Shown here in pieces: positions 1 through 12,215 of a DNA stretch of 64,000 nucleotides; position 1 is the stretch's first letter; each line of letters begins with the position of its first letter. The DNA comes from Mobula hypostoma. Taxonomy: Eukaryota. The notes below the pieces were generated by a model. The model was not told the DNA's origin and did no database searches. It saw only the letters and a program-made list of their open reading frames with translations. Location of the stretch: assembly GCF_963921235.1 (NCBI RefSeq), contig NC_086097.1:147252001-147316000 (forward strand). Reading direction: 5' to 3'. Both the position numbers and the translations under genes were made by a program.

Positions 1-273
1 TTTTACTATGTATTAGTGTTATCTTGGGTTTTATGTGTTATTTGGCATGATTTGGTAGGTTATTTTTCGGGGTCTGGGAATGCTCAAAAATTTTTCCCAT
101 ATAAATTAATGGTAATTACTTCTTCGCCTTATGCCATTTCGGCATGAAAGGTTTCATAGGAATGCTCTACCTTAGCGGGGGAAATATGGGACAAGGGCGG
201 TCCCATATGGGACAAACCAATTTAGCCCAGTATACGGGATGTCTCTGCAAATACGGGACAGTTGGCAACCCTA
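1..273. mobile_element. Right end of a non-autonomous DNA transposon (hAT/Tip100-like terminal inverted repeat)
   Basis: Ends in GTTGGCAACCCTA (reverse complement TAGGGTTGCCAAC, a hAT-Tip100-like TIR). Four subterminal ATAYGGGA repeats lie at about 185, 206, 232 and 251. The left end is outside the window. Confidence 0.55.
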
Positions 274-699
274 CACCTCACAGGCTGTCTCAGACTGACT
301 GTCTGTAGTTATGAGCCAAATTTCAGGAACTAGCAGAAAGTATTCAGCCCTAGTCATCACACTGAGTGCAACAGTTAATTTTTATTCATTTATTTTTTGT
401 GTTGAAATAATATTAAATAATGAAACTTAGAATTAAAGGTGTGAAGTATTGTAATATTCTTAAAGAAAGACAGATATGGCCTGTTTGATATGAGAGTTAC
501 AGTGTTTTCTTGTTTGAATTAATTTGAAAGTTTGACAAAAGTATTTTGTGTAATTCAAATACAATTAGCCCAAATAAAAGGCATCAAATTGGAAGTACAA
601 TCTGAGCTGTTTTTTCTCTAAACGATTTAGTAGGTAAATCTTGCCTTTCACTTAGGTCGAGATAAGGGATCTTGGGCTTAAAAAGGTTGGTGACCACTA

Positions 700-1460
700 G
701 CCTAGACAGAGTAGGGGAAGGAATGTTTCCTATCATGGGGGAGTCTAGGACCAGAGGGCACAGCCTCAGAATAGCGGGACTTCTATTTAGAACAGAGCTG
801 AAGAGGAATTCGGACAAAGTGACGCAACAGACTGTTAACACCAAAAATCAGTGAGTTGTTTTGTTATGTCGCCCCTCTCATGTGAAATGGGGAAGCATTT
901 TTTCCCTTATTAGGGAGGGAGAGAGCCTGTGGTATGTCGAATTACCAGGTGAACAATTAGTCTTTGGGGTACTGCAAGTCTGTGTCTTTATTGATGCTTT
1001 GCTGCGCACTTGAGAGCTCAGTGGGGGGCGCCAATGCTTTTTTGCTGGTGGGGGCAGGGTGTTGCCTGGCTGCTGCTTGTTCATGGGAGGGGCCTTGAGA
1101 TTCTAATATTTAACTGTCATTAATTCTTTTGGGCACTCCTCTGTGTTCGTGGATATGTGCAAAGAAAAAGAATTTCATGATGTATATTGTATAGATTTCT
1201 CTGACATTTAATGTACCTATTGAAACCTATTGAATTTCTTTAGCCAGAGGGTTGTGAATCTGAGGAATTCATTGCACCAGATAGCTGTGCAGGCCAAGTC
1301 ATTGGCTATATTTAAAGTGGAGCTTGATAGGTTCTTGATAGTTAAAGGTGTTAAAGATTACAGGGGTGAAGACAGGTGAATGGGATTGAGAGGCCATGAT
1401 GGAATGGCAAACAGACTTGATGGGCTGAATGGCCTGATTCTGCTCCTGTGTCTTATAGTC
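700..1460 (+). mobile_element. CR1 LINE 3' end fragment, interrupted by a nested insertion
   Basis: ORF 672-854 encodes a CR1 ORF2 C-terminal motif (ESRTRGHSLRI...FRTELKRN). It resumes at about 1232 (TTCTTTAGCCAGAGGGTTGTGAAT) and ends in the typical CR1 3'UTR (GATGGGCTGAATGGCCT...TCTTATAGTCT). Confidence 0.85.
811..1231 (+). mobile_element. Non-LTR retroelement 3' fragment nested in CR1
   Basis: Splits the CR1 sequence exactly. Flanked by GAATT (806-810 and 1232-1236) and ends in a short tandem tail (ACCTATTGAA)x2. Confidence 0.6.
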
Positions 1461-2289
1461 TTTTCCTCCAGCAGACTTCCTGCTTTCTTTGTTCAAAAAA
1501 GTCTTAGTGCAATGTTTCAGGCTGATACTATTATTGAGGATTTTTCTCAGGTGTTCTAACAAATGCGAAAAAATGCCAATTACTTAAACCTTATTGATGA
1601 TTTGGAAGTAGCTCTGGCCTCCAGATAAGTAGGTGAAATTAGTTACATGCTGTACAGTTGGAGTTGGGCTGGCAGTCTAGCTTATAACCTTAAGTTAGAA
1701 ACTAGAGTACTTCAGCATGCAACTCAAAAGTCCAGTTAAAGATGCACTAACTTGCAATTTAATACATTTCTTAGAAATTTCTCAGACTTTCATGTAAAAT
1801 GATTGATACTGAAAGGATAGGAATTTTGCATATATCATATTTAACCATAAATGCACAGCAGATGGTGTGAAAGTGATCATTATCATTGATTTAAGTAGGC
1901 AGAAAAGATAAGTAAGTTTGAAGTTGCAAACTGGGCAGGGAGAGGCAGATAGGGCGATCAAAATCTATCTTGCAAGGTGAAGTGAGGGTTGCCCATTTTG
2001 CAGACACATCTGTACGGTCTAGGCAACATAAAACTAATTTATTTTCTCTCATTCCCAGTTTAATTGAAGGAGTTGTGTCCTGAAGTGTTAACTCTGTATC
2101 TCTTTCCACAGATACTATGCGATCTGCTGAGAATTTAAATCATTTTCTGCTTTTATTTTAGTTTTCTAGTATCTATTTATTTAGTTTTCAGAAATGTCAG
2201 TCCAGTTTGTTTGCCCTATTTCTACTGCGTGCCTTATTTTATCTGGCCACTGAGCTGAGTGGGAAGCTGAAAAGTGATCTTCCCAACAT

Positions 2290-4105
2290 GGTCAGTGGGA
2301 GGCCTTCAAAAGTGAAATTTTAAGAGTGCAATGCTTATATGCGCCGGTCAGAATAAACGGTAAAGACAACAGGTACTGGAATCTTGTTTTTCAGGAGATA
2401 TTGAGGCCTTGGTTAAGAAAAAAAGGCAGTGCATAGCAGTGATAGGCAAGTAGGAATAAATGAGGTGCTTATGGATACAAGAGAACACTTATATCAGGAG
2501 AAATATCTAAAAGAAAGCACAAGGGCTGCCCTAGCTGACAAGGTGAAAGAGAATCAAGAACAAAGGGATTGCAAGGGACAAAATGGGTCCTCTGGAAGAT
2601 ATGAATTGTATTCTATTTCTGGAGCCAAAAGAGATGGGCAAGATCTGAAACGGAATTTTTGCATTTGTATTTACTCAGAAGATAGACACAGAGTTTATAG
2701 ATGTGAGGGAAAGCAGCAACAACTTAATGGACCCTAAACACAGTACAAAGGAGGAGGTGTTGGCTATCCTGAGGCAAATCTGGGAGGATAAATACCCAAG
2801 GTGTTCTCTCAAATCCTACGTGAGGCAAGTGCAGAAACTGCCAGGCCCTAGCAGAGATACTTAAATCATCCTTAGCAATAGGTGATATACCATAGGTCTG
2901 AAGGATAGCCAATGTTGTTCCGCTGTTCAAGAAAAGTTCTAAAAATAAACCAGGAAATCATAGGCCAATGAGCCTCACATCCCAGAGTGGTAAGGTTATT
3001 GAAAATATTCTGAGCGACTGAGAATAGTCAGCTTGGCTTTGTGTTTTTTGAGGAAGTTGCCAGGAAAGTTGATGAAGCTAAGGAAGTGGATGTTGTCTAC
3101 ATGGACATTTGACAAGGTCCTGTATGGGAGGTTGGTCAAGAAGGTTCAGCTGCTCGGCATTCAAGAGGAGGTAGTAAATTGGATTAGACATTGGCTTTGT
3201 CGGAAAAGCCAGGGAGTGATAGTAGATGGTTATCTCTCTGACTGGAGACCTGTGACTAGTGGGGTGCCACACAGATTGGTGCTGGGGTCATTGTTATTTG
3301 GCATCTATATCAATGACAAATGTGAGATGTTCCACTTTAGTAGGACCAACCAGGGTAGGAGTTGCACAGTGAATGGTAGGGCACAGAGGTGTGTGGTAGA
3401 ACAAAGGGGTTTGGGAATACAGGTCCATAATTCATTGAAAGTGGCATCACAAGTAGATACAGTTATAAAGAAAGCTTTTGCACATTGGCCTTCATAGAAT
3501 AAATATTGAGTACAGAAGATGGAATGTTATGTTGAAGTTGTGCAAGACACTGGTGAGGCCTAATTTGGAGTATTGTTTGCAGTTTTGATCACCTACCTAC
3601 AGGAAAGTCGTAAATAAGGTTGCAAGAGTACAGAAAAAATTTACAAGGATGGTGCCAGGTCTGGAAGACCTGAGTTGTAAGGAAAGATTGAATAGGTTAG
3701 GACTTTATTCCTTGGAAGATAGAAGATTGCGGGGAGATATGATAGAGATACACGAAATTGTACGGGGTATAGATAGGGTAAATGCATGCGGGTTTTTTCC
3801 ACTGAGGTTTGTTGGAATTACAACCAGAGGTCATGGGTTAAGGGTGAAAGGTAAAAAGTGTAGGGGGAACATGAAGGGAAACTTCTTTACTCAGAGAGTC
3901 ATGAGACCGTGGAATGAGCTGCCAGCACAAGTGGTGCATACAAGCTTGATTTCTACATTTAAGAGAAATTTGGACAGGTACATGGAGGCTGGGTGTATGG
4001 AGGGCTTCTGTAGGTCGATAGGAGTGGGCAGTTTAAATGGTTCACCACAGACTAGATGGACTGAATGGCCTGTTTCTCTGCTGTACTTTTCTATGATTTC
4101 TATGA
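2290..4105 (+). mobile_element. CR1 LINE, 5'-truncated, degenerate reverse transcriptase (ORF2)
   Basis: ORFs 3033-3497 (FDKV..GRLVKKV, WRPVTSGVP..VLG.LLF.IYIND) and 3649-4194 (ERLNRLGLYSLE.RRLRGD, TRGHGL). Tail (TTCTATGA)n at about 4090-4105. Confidence 0.9.
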
Positions 4106-4954
4106 CATACGAGGAGCATGTGTGGCAGACAGAAGTAAATGGACTGCACAAGGAAAAGAAAAAGATGAAAAGTCATCCAGACAGTTTGTTGTAGAACAGT
4201 TTCAGTCATTCCTGAAAGTGAATGGAATAAGATATACAGTGTTACGTCTGCACTGTACCACCCCGCTACAAACGGTTCTGGAAAGGTTTGTCCAGAGTCT
4301 GAAGGACACACTGTGAACAATGTCAGTAGAACACACTACACTGACACTGAATCAGAAGCTTGACAATTTCCTCCCTGCATATCATAATGCAGCATATTCC
4401 ACAAACAACAACTCACCAGCTTTGCTGTTCCTGGGTCATCCCTTGTGCTCACACTTGGATCTCTTCCAACCCAATCTAAGAAAGAGTATGCAGGACAAAC
4501 AGCTGAGATGAATTGAGGGTTCCTTGAACAAGCAGATTCGATGTTTCACTCCTGGTCAAGCAGTCCTAGTGAGAAACTACAGAGGTGATCAAAAGTGGGT
4601 ATTCAAAAAGGTTAAGGACAGAACTGAACCATTCCCTTAAATCGTGAAGATTGTGTCTGATAACATCTGGAGTCAACACAATGATCAGTTGAGGACAGCA
4701 GATTCAATTGTTAGAGGAGAAAGGTGTCCAGAATTATCAGACCCACTTTCTGCAGTTCCAGAGTCAACTTCTACAACCACTACAGAGGAGACCCCAAAAC
4801 CTGAGACTGGTTCACAGCCACAAATCTCTGTGTCGGGAAAATTGTTTCCTACAAGAATACGAAATGTACCACAGTGATTAAATATTTTGGCCTGAATAGG
4901 CAATTTAAAACTTACTATGCCGTGGATATCTATATAGTAGTTGTATTATATAGT

Positions 4955-5030
<76 letters not shown>

Positions 5031-5195
5031 TGTATGTGTATAAATTGAGATGAGATGCATTCTATATTGAGTTGGAGTTTATGGGTAAGCAGGGAGGAGT
5101 GCTGTGTATTTCATACAAAAATATTTTTGTAATATTTTAAATACATTTCATGACCAAGTATTCTTTGTTTACATAGTTCATTATGGGCTCTTTAA
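4104..5195 (+). mobile_element. Gypsy-type LTR retrotransposon fragment: gag remnant, integrase C-terminal region, PPT and start of 3' LTR
   Basis: Integrase-like peptides QFQSFLKVNGIR, LERFVQSLK and LDNFL.AYHNA.YSTNN.SPA.LFLG. Polypurine tract AAGCAGGGAGGAG at about 5087-5099 is followed by an LTR start (TG at 5100). The 3' region aligns with 28885-29100 and 39175-39750. Confidence 0.8.
4958..5040. repeat. (TG)n microsatellite inside the LTR element 3' region
   Basis: Directly visible dinucleotide run. Confidence 0.95.
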
Positions 5196-6267
5196 TTTTT
5201 AGTTTCCTCCAAAATGTGATACTTTGAGAGAGAGAGAAGGTGAGAGAAAGAGGAAGGGAAGGGGGTGGGGGTTGACGGTGGGGGTGGAAAGAGAGAGAGA
5301 GATAGAGAGAGCTATAATTGCATGAAATATTTCCCTTTGACTTCACTCTTCAGCTATTCAGATAATAGCAGATGGTTTCATCAGAGCTTATAAATGAGTG
5401 CTGGGAAATCAAATATTTAGGATTTTGTTGTCTGCGAAGCTAATTGCCTCTCTTAGCTTCAACTCTGTCCCATGTTAAGATCAGTGCCTCAGACATACAT
5501 GCCTTGACCACTTTAACTCAAAATTAATTATGGTGATTTACGTCAACTAATGGAAATCTAACCTATAATTCCCTTCAGATTGCTAGAATAGACAAAAAAA
5601 ATCTGCCACTGCAGATTATATCAAGCAAGATAAAGAATGTTATACCACTATAATTTTATTCGTAAGCATATGAGGAGAATCATAAATTGGAATACTTGAC
5701 AAGACACAAGTAATATGAACATTTATGACATATATATTAGTCCCATCTGTACTGAAAGGAAGTCAGCTGTTGAAAGATAATCAGAAACAAGCTGAAAGCC
5801 TTCAAGTTTTAAACTGAGTTTTCATTTCAAATGAAGGAAAGGAAAGATCAATATGTCACCATCAGTGGTGAGGAAAGAACATTAACAGTTCATATATTTA
5901 ACTTAGTCATGAATCACAATCACACGGTATTCCAAAACACTTTCAGCAAACCAAGTATCTTCACAGTAGAGTTATATTGTGAGTATGTAAGAAAATGGGA
6001 AACTTTTCCTGCACATGGCAACATCTCACAAGTCCACAAATGTAGTTTGAGAGTTAAAATTTGGCCAGAACATTAGGAGGGATTTCATGTTTTAAAATCA
6101 CACAAAGCAAACTTTTCTGCCCACTTTAGACAAATAGGTTATCAATTCATCATCTCATTTAAGAAAGATGATTGAGAAAAATCAATCGATGATCCTGCAT
6201 AGTCTTGGTACTGTATTAGATTGTCAGCCCTGATTAATTGTTGAAATTACCTGAGCAAATTCACATA

Positions 6268-6613
6268 TTCAGGAACACATATTCACAAGTTCAGGAACAG
6301 TTATTACCCCTCAATCATCTGGTTGTTGAACCAAGAGAATAATGATACTCAACTTCACTTGCCCCGTTACTGAGCTGTTCCCACAACCTATGGACTTACT
6401 TTTAAGGACTTTTCATCACATGTTCTCAATATTTATTGCTTATTCATTATTATTATTTTTTATTTGCACAGCTTGTTGTCTTTTGCATACTGCTTGGCCT
6501 TTCATTGATTCTATTATGGTTATTGGATTTACTGAGAATGCCCACAAGAAAACACTTCAAAGCATTGTACAGTAAATATATGTACTTTGATAATAAATTT
6601 ACTTTGAACTTTG
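6268..6613 (+). mobile_element. LINE 3' tail (Rex/Babar-type family)
   Basis: TTCAGGAACAGTTATTACCCCTCA...AATAAATTTACTTTGAACTTTG tail. It is the reverse complement of the family copy at 33995-34510. Confidence 0.7.
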
Positions 6614-6869
6614 TTATTTTTGACCATGTTAACACAGGCATAATGACTGTAAAGTAAAATCTGTCATCAGTGGAGATGCTGCAATCAAATAGGACCTAAT
6701 CTAACTCCAGGTTCCTCACAATTTATCATTCTGTTTCTAGCTTCAGACCTCAACCCAAAATTTATTTGAGAGGATGGTGGCAAGGAAAAGGTAAAATTAG
6801 GGATCCAACACTAACTTAATTGAGTGCCGTGCTTCAGTATCAACAGCAGAAGTAAGCCGAGAAGAAAAT

Positions 6870-8365
6870 CTTGTGCAATGGACCTGTGAGAAACTCAGGA
6901 AGAAATTATAGTTCCTTGCAATGACGTTTGCTTCATCTTTAGCCACAGGTAAAGTTCTGGAAGAATGGAGGCTGGCTAATCTTGTACCATTATTTCAGAT
7001 TGGTAGTAAAGACAAGCTAAACAAGACAGGCCAGTGAGTCTGACATGAGTGGTGATTAATCAGTTAGGTTAGTGGAGGGCATTTTGAGAGACAGGATCTA
7101 TCAATATTTGAACAGACATGGTCTAATTAGGAATAATCAACCCAGCTTTGTGCATGGGAAATCATGTCTGACAAATCTCTTAGAGTTTTTCACATAGGTA
7201 GCAATGAGGATAGATAATGGTAGGGCAGTGGATATTGTCTATACGGGCTTTAGCAAGGCCTTTGAGAAGGTTGCACATGGCAGGCTTGTCTGGAAGGTTA
7301 AGTCACATGGGATCTAGGGAGAGATAGCTAACTGGATTCATAATTACCTCAATGATTGGAAGCAGAGAGTACTGTAATAGTCAAAGGGTATTTCTCAGAA
7401 TTGAGGGCTTTGACTAGTGGTGTGTCATAGGAGTCAGCGCTGGGACACTCGTTCATTATTTATATAAAAATTTGGATGTACATGTATAAATTAGTATGAT
7501 ACTAAAATAAGTAGCAACTTAGTGAAGAATGCTTTCAAAAACTACAAGGGGATCTCAATCAGCTTGGAAAATGAACTGAGGATTGACAACTGGCTTTCTC
7601 ATTGGATAAATGTGGGTTGCTATGTTCTTGGGAACTCAAAACCAAGGCAGGACTTGTACAGTGAATAGATAGGCTCCATGGTTTTGTTGTGGAACAGGGA
7701 GACTCAGGAGTACAGGCATACAGTATGCCGAAAGAGGTGTCACCGCTAGACAGAGTGGTAAAGAAGACATTTGACACGTTGGTCTTCACCAGTCAGGGCA
7801 CTGAGTATTGGAAATGGGATGTTTGTGGCAGTTATGTAAACACTGGTGAAACTACACTTGGAGGATATGAACAGCTTTGGTTGCCCTATTATAGGAAAAA
7901 ATACAGAAACTATTTACGAGATTGCAGCACTCCAGGGTCTGAGTTACAGGAAGAGTTTGGGCAAACTTGGACTATATTCTTTGCAGAATAGGAGCTTGAG
8001 GAGAGACCTTATGGAGGTTTTTAAAGTGACGAAGGACATGCATAGGGTTGACACAGAGTGTTTTTACTAATAGAGGGGATATAAAAATAGAGGACATCAT
8101 TTTAAGATAATAAGTGAAAGATTTATGAAGGATCTGAGAGGGAAATTTCTTCACACAGAGATCAGTTCATATATAGAATGAACTGCAAAGAAAGAAATTG
8201 AATTAGGTACCATACAGTTCTAAAGTAATTGGATAAGTATATAAGAAGCGGTTTCAAAGGATAGGGGCCAAACAGGGAAAAATGCAACGGGCTTGCTGGG
8301 CACTGAGGTCAGCATGGAAGAGTTGGGTTGAAGGGCTTGTTTCATGCTGGATTACTCTAGGACTG
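6870..8365 (+). mobile_element. Degenerate CR1 LINE (RT to 3' end)
   Basis: CR1 RT motifs (W..ANLVPLF, GKSCLTNLLEFF, FSKAF.KV.HGRL, LGLYSL..R.LR.DL) with many stops and frameshifts. Confidence 0.85.
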
Positions 8366-8719
8366 TTACTTTTTTTACACAAGAAACATCTGCTACAGTT
8401 AACAAACTAAAGTCAGACATGCCTCAAAGAAAACCAAAGTGAAAGTGCTTGCAACCTTTTTGCACCTCATCCTCATTAAGGCCTCAGATCTAAAGCACCT
8501 TGCAGCAATTTGACCTCTCATATATTTGCATAGCAACTGGAGCTGTTGGAAAGATATTGGCTTTGCATTTTTGGCAGAGCTTGTTTCATAATGTTATTTT
8601 CCATCTTCTAATTTTTTCCTAGTAATATTCGTTCAGAGTCTAATGCAGTGCTGCTCTGCAGAAGTTGATTTGAAACTTCGAACAGAAGGCATTTTATTAA
8701 CATAATAATCAAGTAATTT

Positions 8720-10160
8720 GCTAAGTAAATTTATTATTATCTCACATGAACAGGGGTACAATCAAAAACGTCTTGCATACTGTTCATGCAGATCAGTTCA
8801 TTAAAATAGTGCACTGAAGTACTACAAGGTACAACAATAGCAGAGTGTTAAATTTATAGGAAAAAAGTGTAGTGCAAGGTCACAACAAGGGAGATTGTGA
8901 CATCAAGAATCAATTTTATTGTACTAGGAAACCATTCAATAGTCATATAGCAATGGGATAGAAGCTGTCCTTGAGCTTGGTGGCATGTAATTTCAGGCAT
9001 TTATATCTTCTTCCCTGTGGGAGACTGCAGAAGAGAGAATATCTGGAGTGGGCAGTGTGCACAAAATGCTGGAGAAACCCAGCAAGTCAGGCAGCATCTA
9101 TGGAAAGGAGTAAACTGTCAATGTTTCAGTCCTGATGAAGGACCCAATTCCTCTCTGTAGGTGGTGCCTGACTTGCCGAGTTCCTCCAGAATTTTACATG
9201 TGTCGCTTAAGATTTCCAGCATCTGCAGAATCTCTTGTGGTTATGCTTGGGTGGGTCGGCTCTTTGATTCTGTTGGCCAAGGCAGTGAGAAGTGTAGACA
9301 GAGTCTGTGGAAGAGAGGCTGATTTTCATGATGTGGTAAGACCTGTCCACAACTCTCTGTAGTTTCCTGTGGTCTGAGGCAGTGAGGTTGTATACCCTGC
9401 CTCGGTGCATCCACTTGTAATGCTGTTTACGGTGCTTCAATAAAAATTGGTGAGAGTCAATGGGGACAGGCAAAATTTCTTTTGTCTCATGAAAAATAGG
9501 GGTCTGGTGTACCTTCTTTGTAGACAATAGACAATAGACAATAGGTGCAGGAGTAGGCCATTCGGCCCTTCGAGCCAGCACCGCCATTCACTGTGATCAT
9601 GGCTGATCATCCACAATCAGTATCCAGTTCCTGCCTTATCCCCATAACCTTTGATTCTGCTATCTTTAAGAGCTCCATCCATCACTTTCTTGAAAACATC
9701 CAGAGACTTGGCCTCCATAGCCTTCTGGGGCACAGCATTACATATATCCACCACTCTCTGGGTGAAAAAACTTTTCCTCAACTCCGTTCTAAATGGCCTA
9801 CCCCTTATTCCTACCCCTTTGTTATGGTGTCTACGTAGCTGGATCCGGATAAGCTATTGGTGATTTTTTACTCCTTGGAACTTGAAGCTTTCGACCTTCT
9901 TGATCTCAGCAACAGTAGCATAAACAAAAGCATGTGCACTGCCCCCTTTCCTGATCAATGACTGGCTCTTTTGTTGAGAGAAACGTTGCCATGATGTCAT
10001 GCTACTAGGGTCTCCATCTCCTTTCTGTACTCTGACTCATCATCCCTAGGGATTTACCCACTATGGTATCAGTTGCAAACTTGTAGATGAAGTTAGAGCA
10101 GAATTTGACTGTGCAAACATGAGTGCAGAGGGAGTAAATGAGGGGCTGAGTATGCTGCTT
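8720..10160 (-). mobile_element. Rex/Babar-type LINE remnant with nested Penelope-derived piece (about 9057-9243) and CR1 tail (about 9520-9810)
   Basis: Minus-strand peptide DHRKLQRVVDRSY.IM..SLSSTDSVYTSHCL is typical of the Rex-type ORF end. The nested CR1 tail begins (TAGACAA)x3 TAGGTGCAGGAGTAGGCCATTCGGCCC. Confidence 0.65.
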
Positions 10161-10959
10161 CTTGTCAATGGTAACCTTCAAGATAAAAATAGTGTAAGAT
10201 TTGGCACTGATAATGATATTGATTGGGTGGGAAGACTATCTCTTCTTGATGTAATCATTGCCAGACAGTTTTGTAGCGCAATCATTGTTTGGTACATATC
10301 AATTCCTGTCTGAAAGTTGTCTCGATCTGGAAAGTCATGGGTTATTGAGGAACTCTTACTAACTCTTATTAAAAACTAATCTCGCAGTGTTCTCTTAATG
10401 GTAATCTGGTGTAACCAGAAGTGAACCTACAGGTTTAGCAGTAGAATTAGCATTGATGTACTTGTGTATTGTTAAATTAGTCGATGGAGTGTCTATTTCA
10501 CCACCATAAAGTAGGAGCAACACATTGATCCCTAAAATAATAAATTCTACTCATCCACTGTTCAGTTTTATGAGATAGCTAAACTCTACATGCAGAAAAT
10601 ATTCAAATAGCTGAAAAGTTCTCAATTACTTTATGGAAGAAGCGTTAGCATTCTTTTCCTGAGTTGCACTGCATGTCAATACCACATATGAACTTCCTTG
10701 AACTGTCATGTCTCTTGAAGCAAGATGATCAGTAGTCTTGCCCATATATAGCATAGTGAATACTGGAATATTTCTATGCATGAGAGATGAAATCTGGTAT
10801 ATATTATTTATTCTGGCATTGTCTTCAAGTAGACTCTAAGCAGGTACTTGTTGAGGATATTTTGTCTCCAACATTTGTTTATTGATGTTTGCCACAATTT
10901 GTGATGTGTTCTTCTTTCCCCACATGGATTCATGTTAAATGTGTCTATTATCAAGAAGG

Positions 10960-11178
10960 GGAGGGAACGTCGATTCAGACCATGAGAGGCCTGCGTCGGG
11001 CATTTTCATGCCTTACAAGGCGCAGATTGGAAGTCTGTGTGGGGCGCCACTCCTCGCACAGACTAGAGCAATGTGTGATTAAGTGCCTTGCTCAAGGGCA
11101 CAAACACACTGCCACAGCTGAGGCTCGAACTAGCGACTTTGAGATAACTAGACGAACACCTTAACCACTTGGCCACGT
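10960..11178 (-). mobile_element. tRNA-derived SINE
   Basis: Minus strand reads GTGGCCAAGTGGTTAAGG (A box) ... AGTTCGAGCC (B box), then the core GTGCCCTTGAGCAAGGCACTTAA. TATCAAGAAGG repeats at 10949-10959 and 11198-11208. Confidence 0.8.
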
Positions 11179-12215
11179 TTAAGATGTCATGGTAAGATAT
11201 CAAGAAGGCAAACGTTTAAGATGTCACGGTAAGGGGAAAGCTCTCTTGTTTACTAAGCACCTTCGTCTACGCATCACATACAGTTTTTCAGAGTCAGTTG
11301 ACAAAATTGCTCCACATATTTCTCTTGAGAAACAACAGATTAAATTTAAAAATGTTATGAGAGACAATGACCAGAAGTCACTCAAGGCTATCAGTCTGTC
11401 AGGTAGCTCATTAGGAGAACTATGCATTTAAGTCCACATCCTATAAAGTTAAAATAGCCCAGTATTTTTATTAACGTGATTCAAGGATAAGCATTAAACA
11501 CAACAGAGCATAGAACACATAGTTCAAACTTTGAACAGAACTCTTCTATATCTAAATAAGAGAGTTCACAATTTAACTTTTCATTTGAAAGATGCCTCCA
11601 CGGATTGTGTGGAATTCTGTGAATGTTGTTGTGAACCTGGATTCTGAGCTCCACTTTCATGAAGCTTCAATCATACTGCAGAGCATGCTACCACTGAGGA
11701 TGCAATATAATAGACTCTAATCAGGCAGTGAGCCAGCCCCTCAGCTGGAATACGCTTCACTCAAGATAAACCAAGGTACAGCCTGCACTCCTAAAAACTG
11801 GACAAGCTTCATGCCCCAGCATTCAGCAGGGAATCAACAGGCTTTGTAATGACCTTTAAAAAGGGTCTGTGAGCTAAAGGAAATTCTGGAGGAATTATTC
11901 ATGCAAAGACACAAAATAGGATTAGATCAAATAATGATAAATATCTCTTTGATTTACAATCCACAAATTTGGATTCAATCTTAATGTTTTTTTGGAACTA
12001 TTAGTACTGATGAAACATCTTTGACTTAAAACATTATTTCTCTTTCCACAGATGTTGCTTGACCAGTTGAATTATTCCAGTATTGATGTTTTAATTTCCA
12101 GTACTTGCATTTTTTTAGATTTATTTAGTTTTATTTTCATTTTTAGAACTGAAATTTTTGTTTCAGAGAATTCTACTGATTAAAGTGCTGATAAAGCCAG
12201 AATTTTTCCTATCAA

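Noticed and set aside
10960..11178. tRNA gene
   Set aside because: The A/B boxes belong to a SINE head followed by a SINE core and tail. There is no complete cloverleaf. The same applies to 39403-39624.
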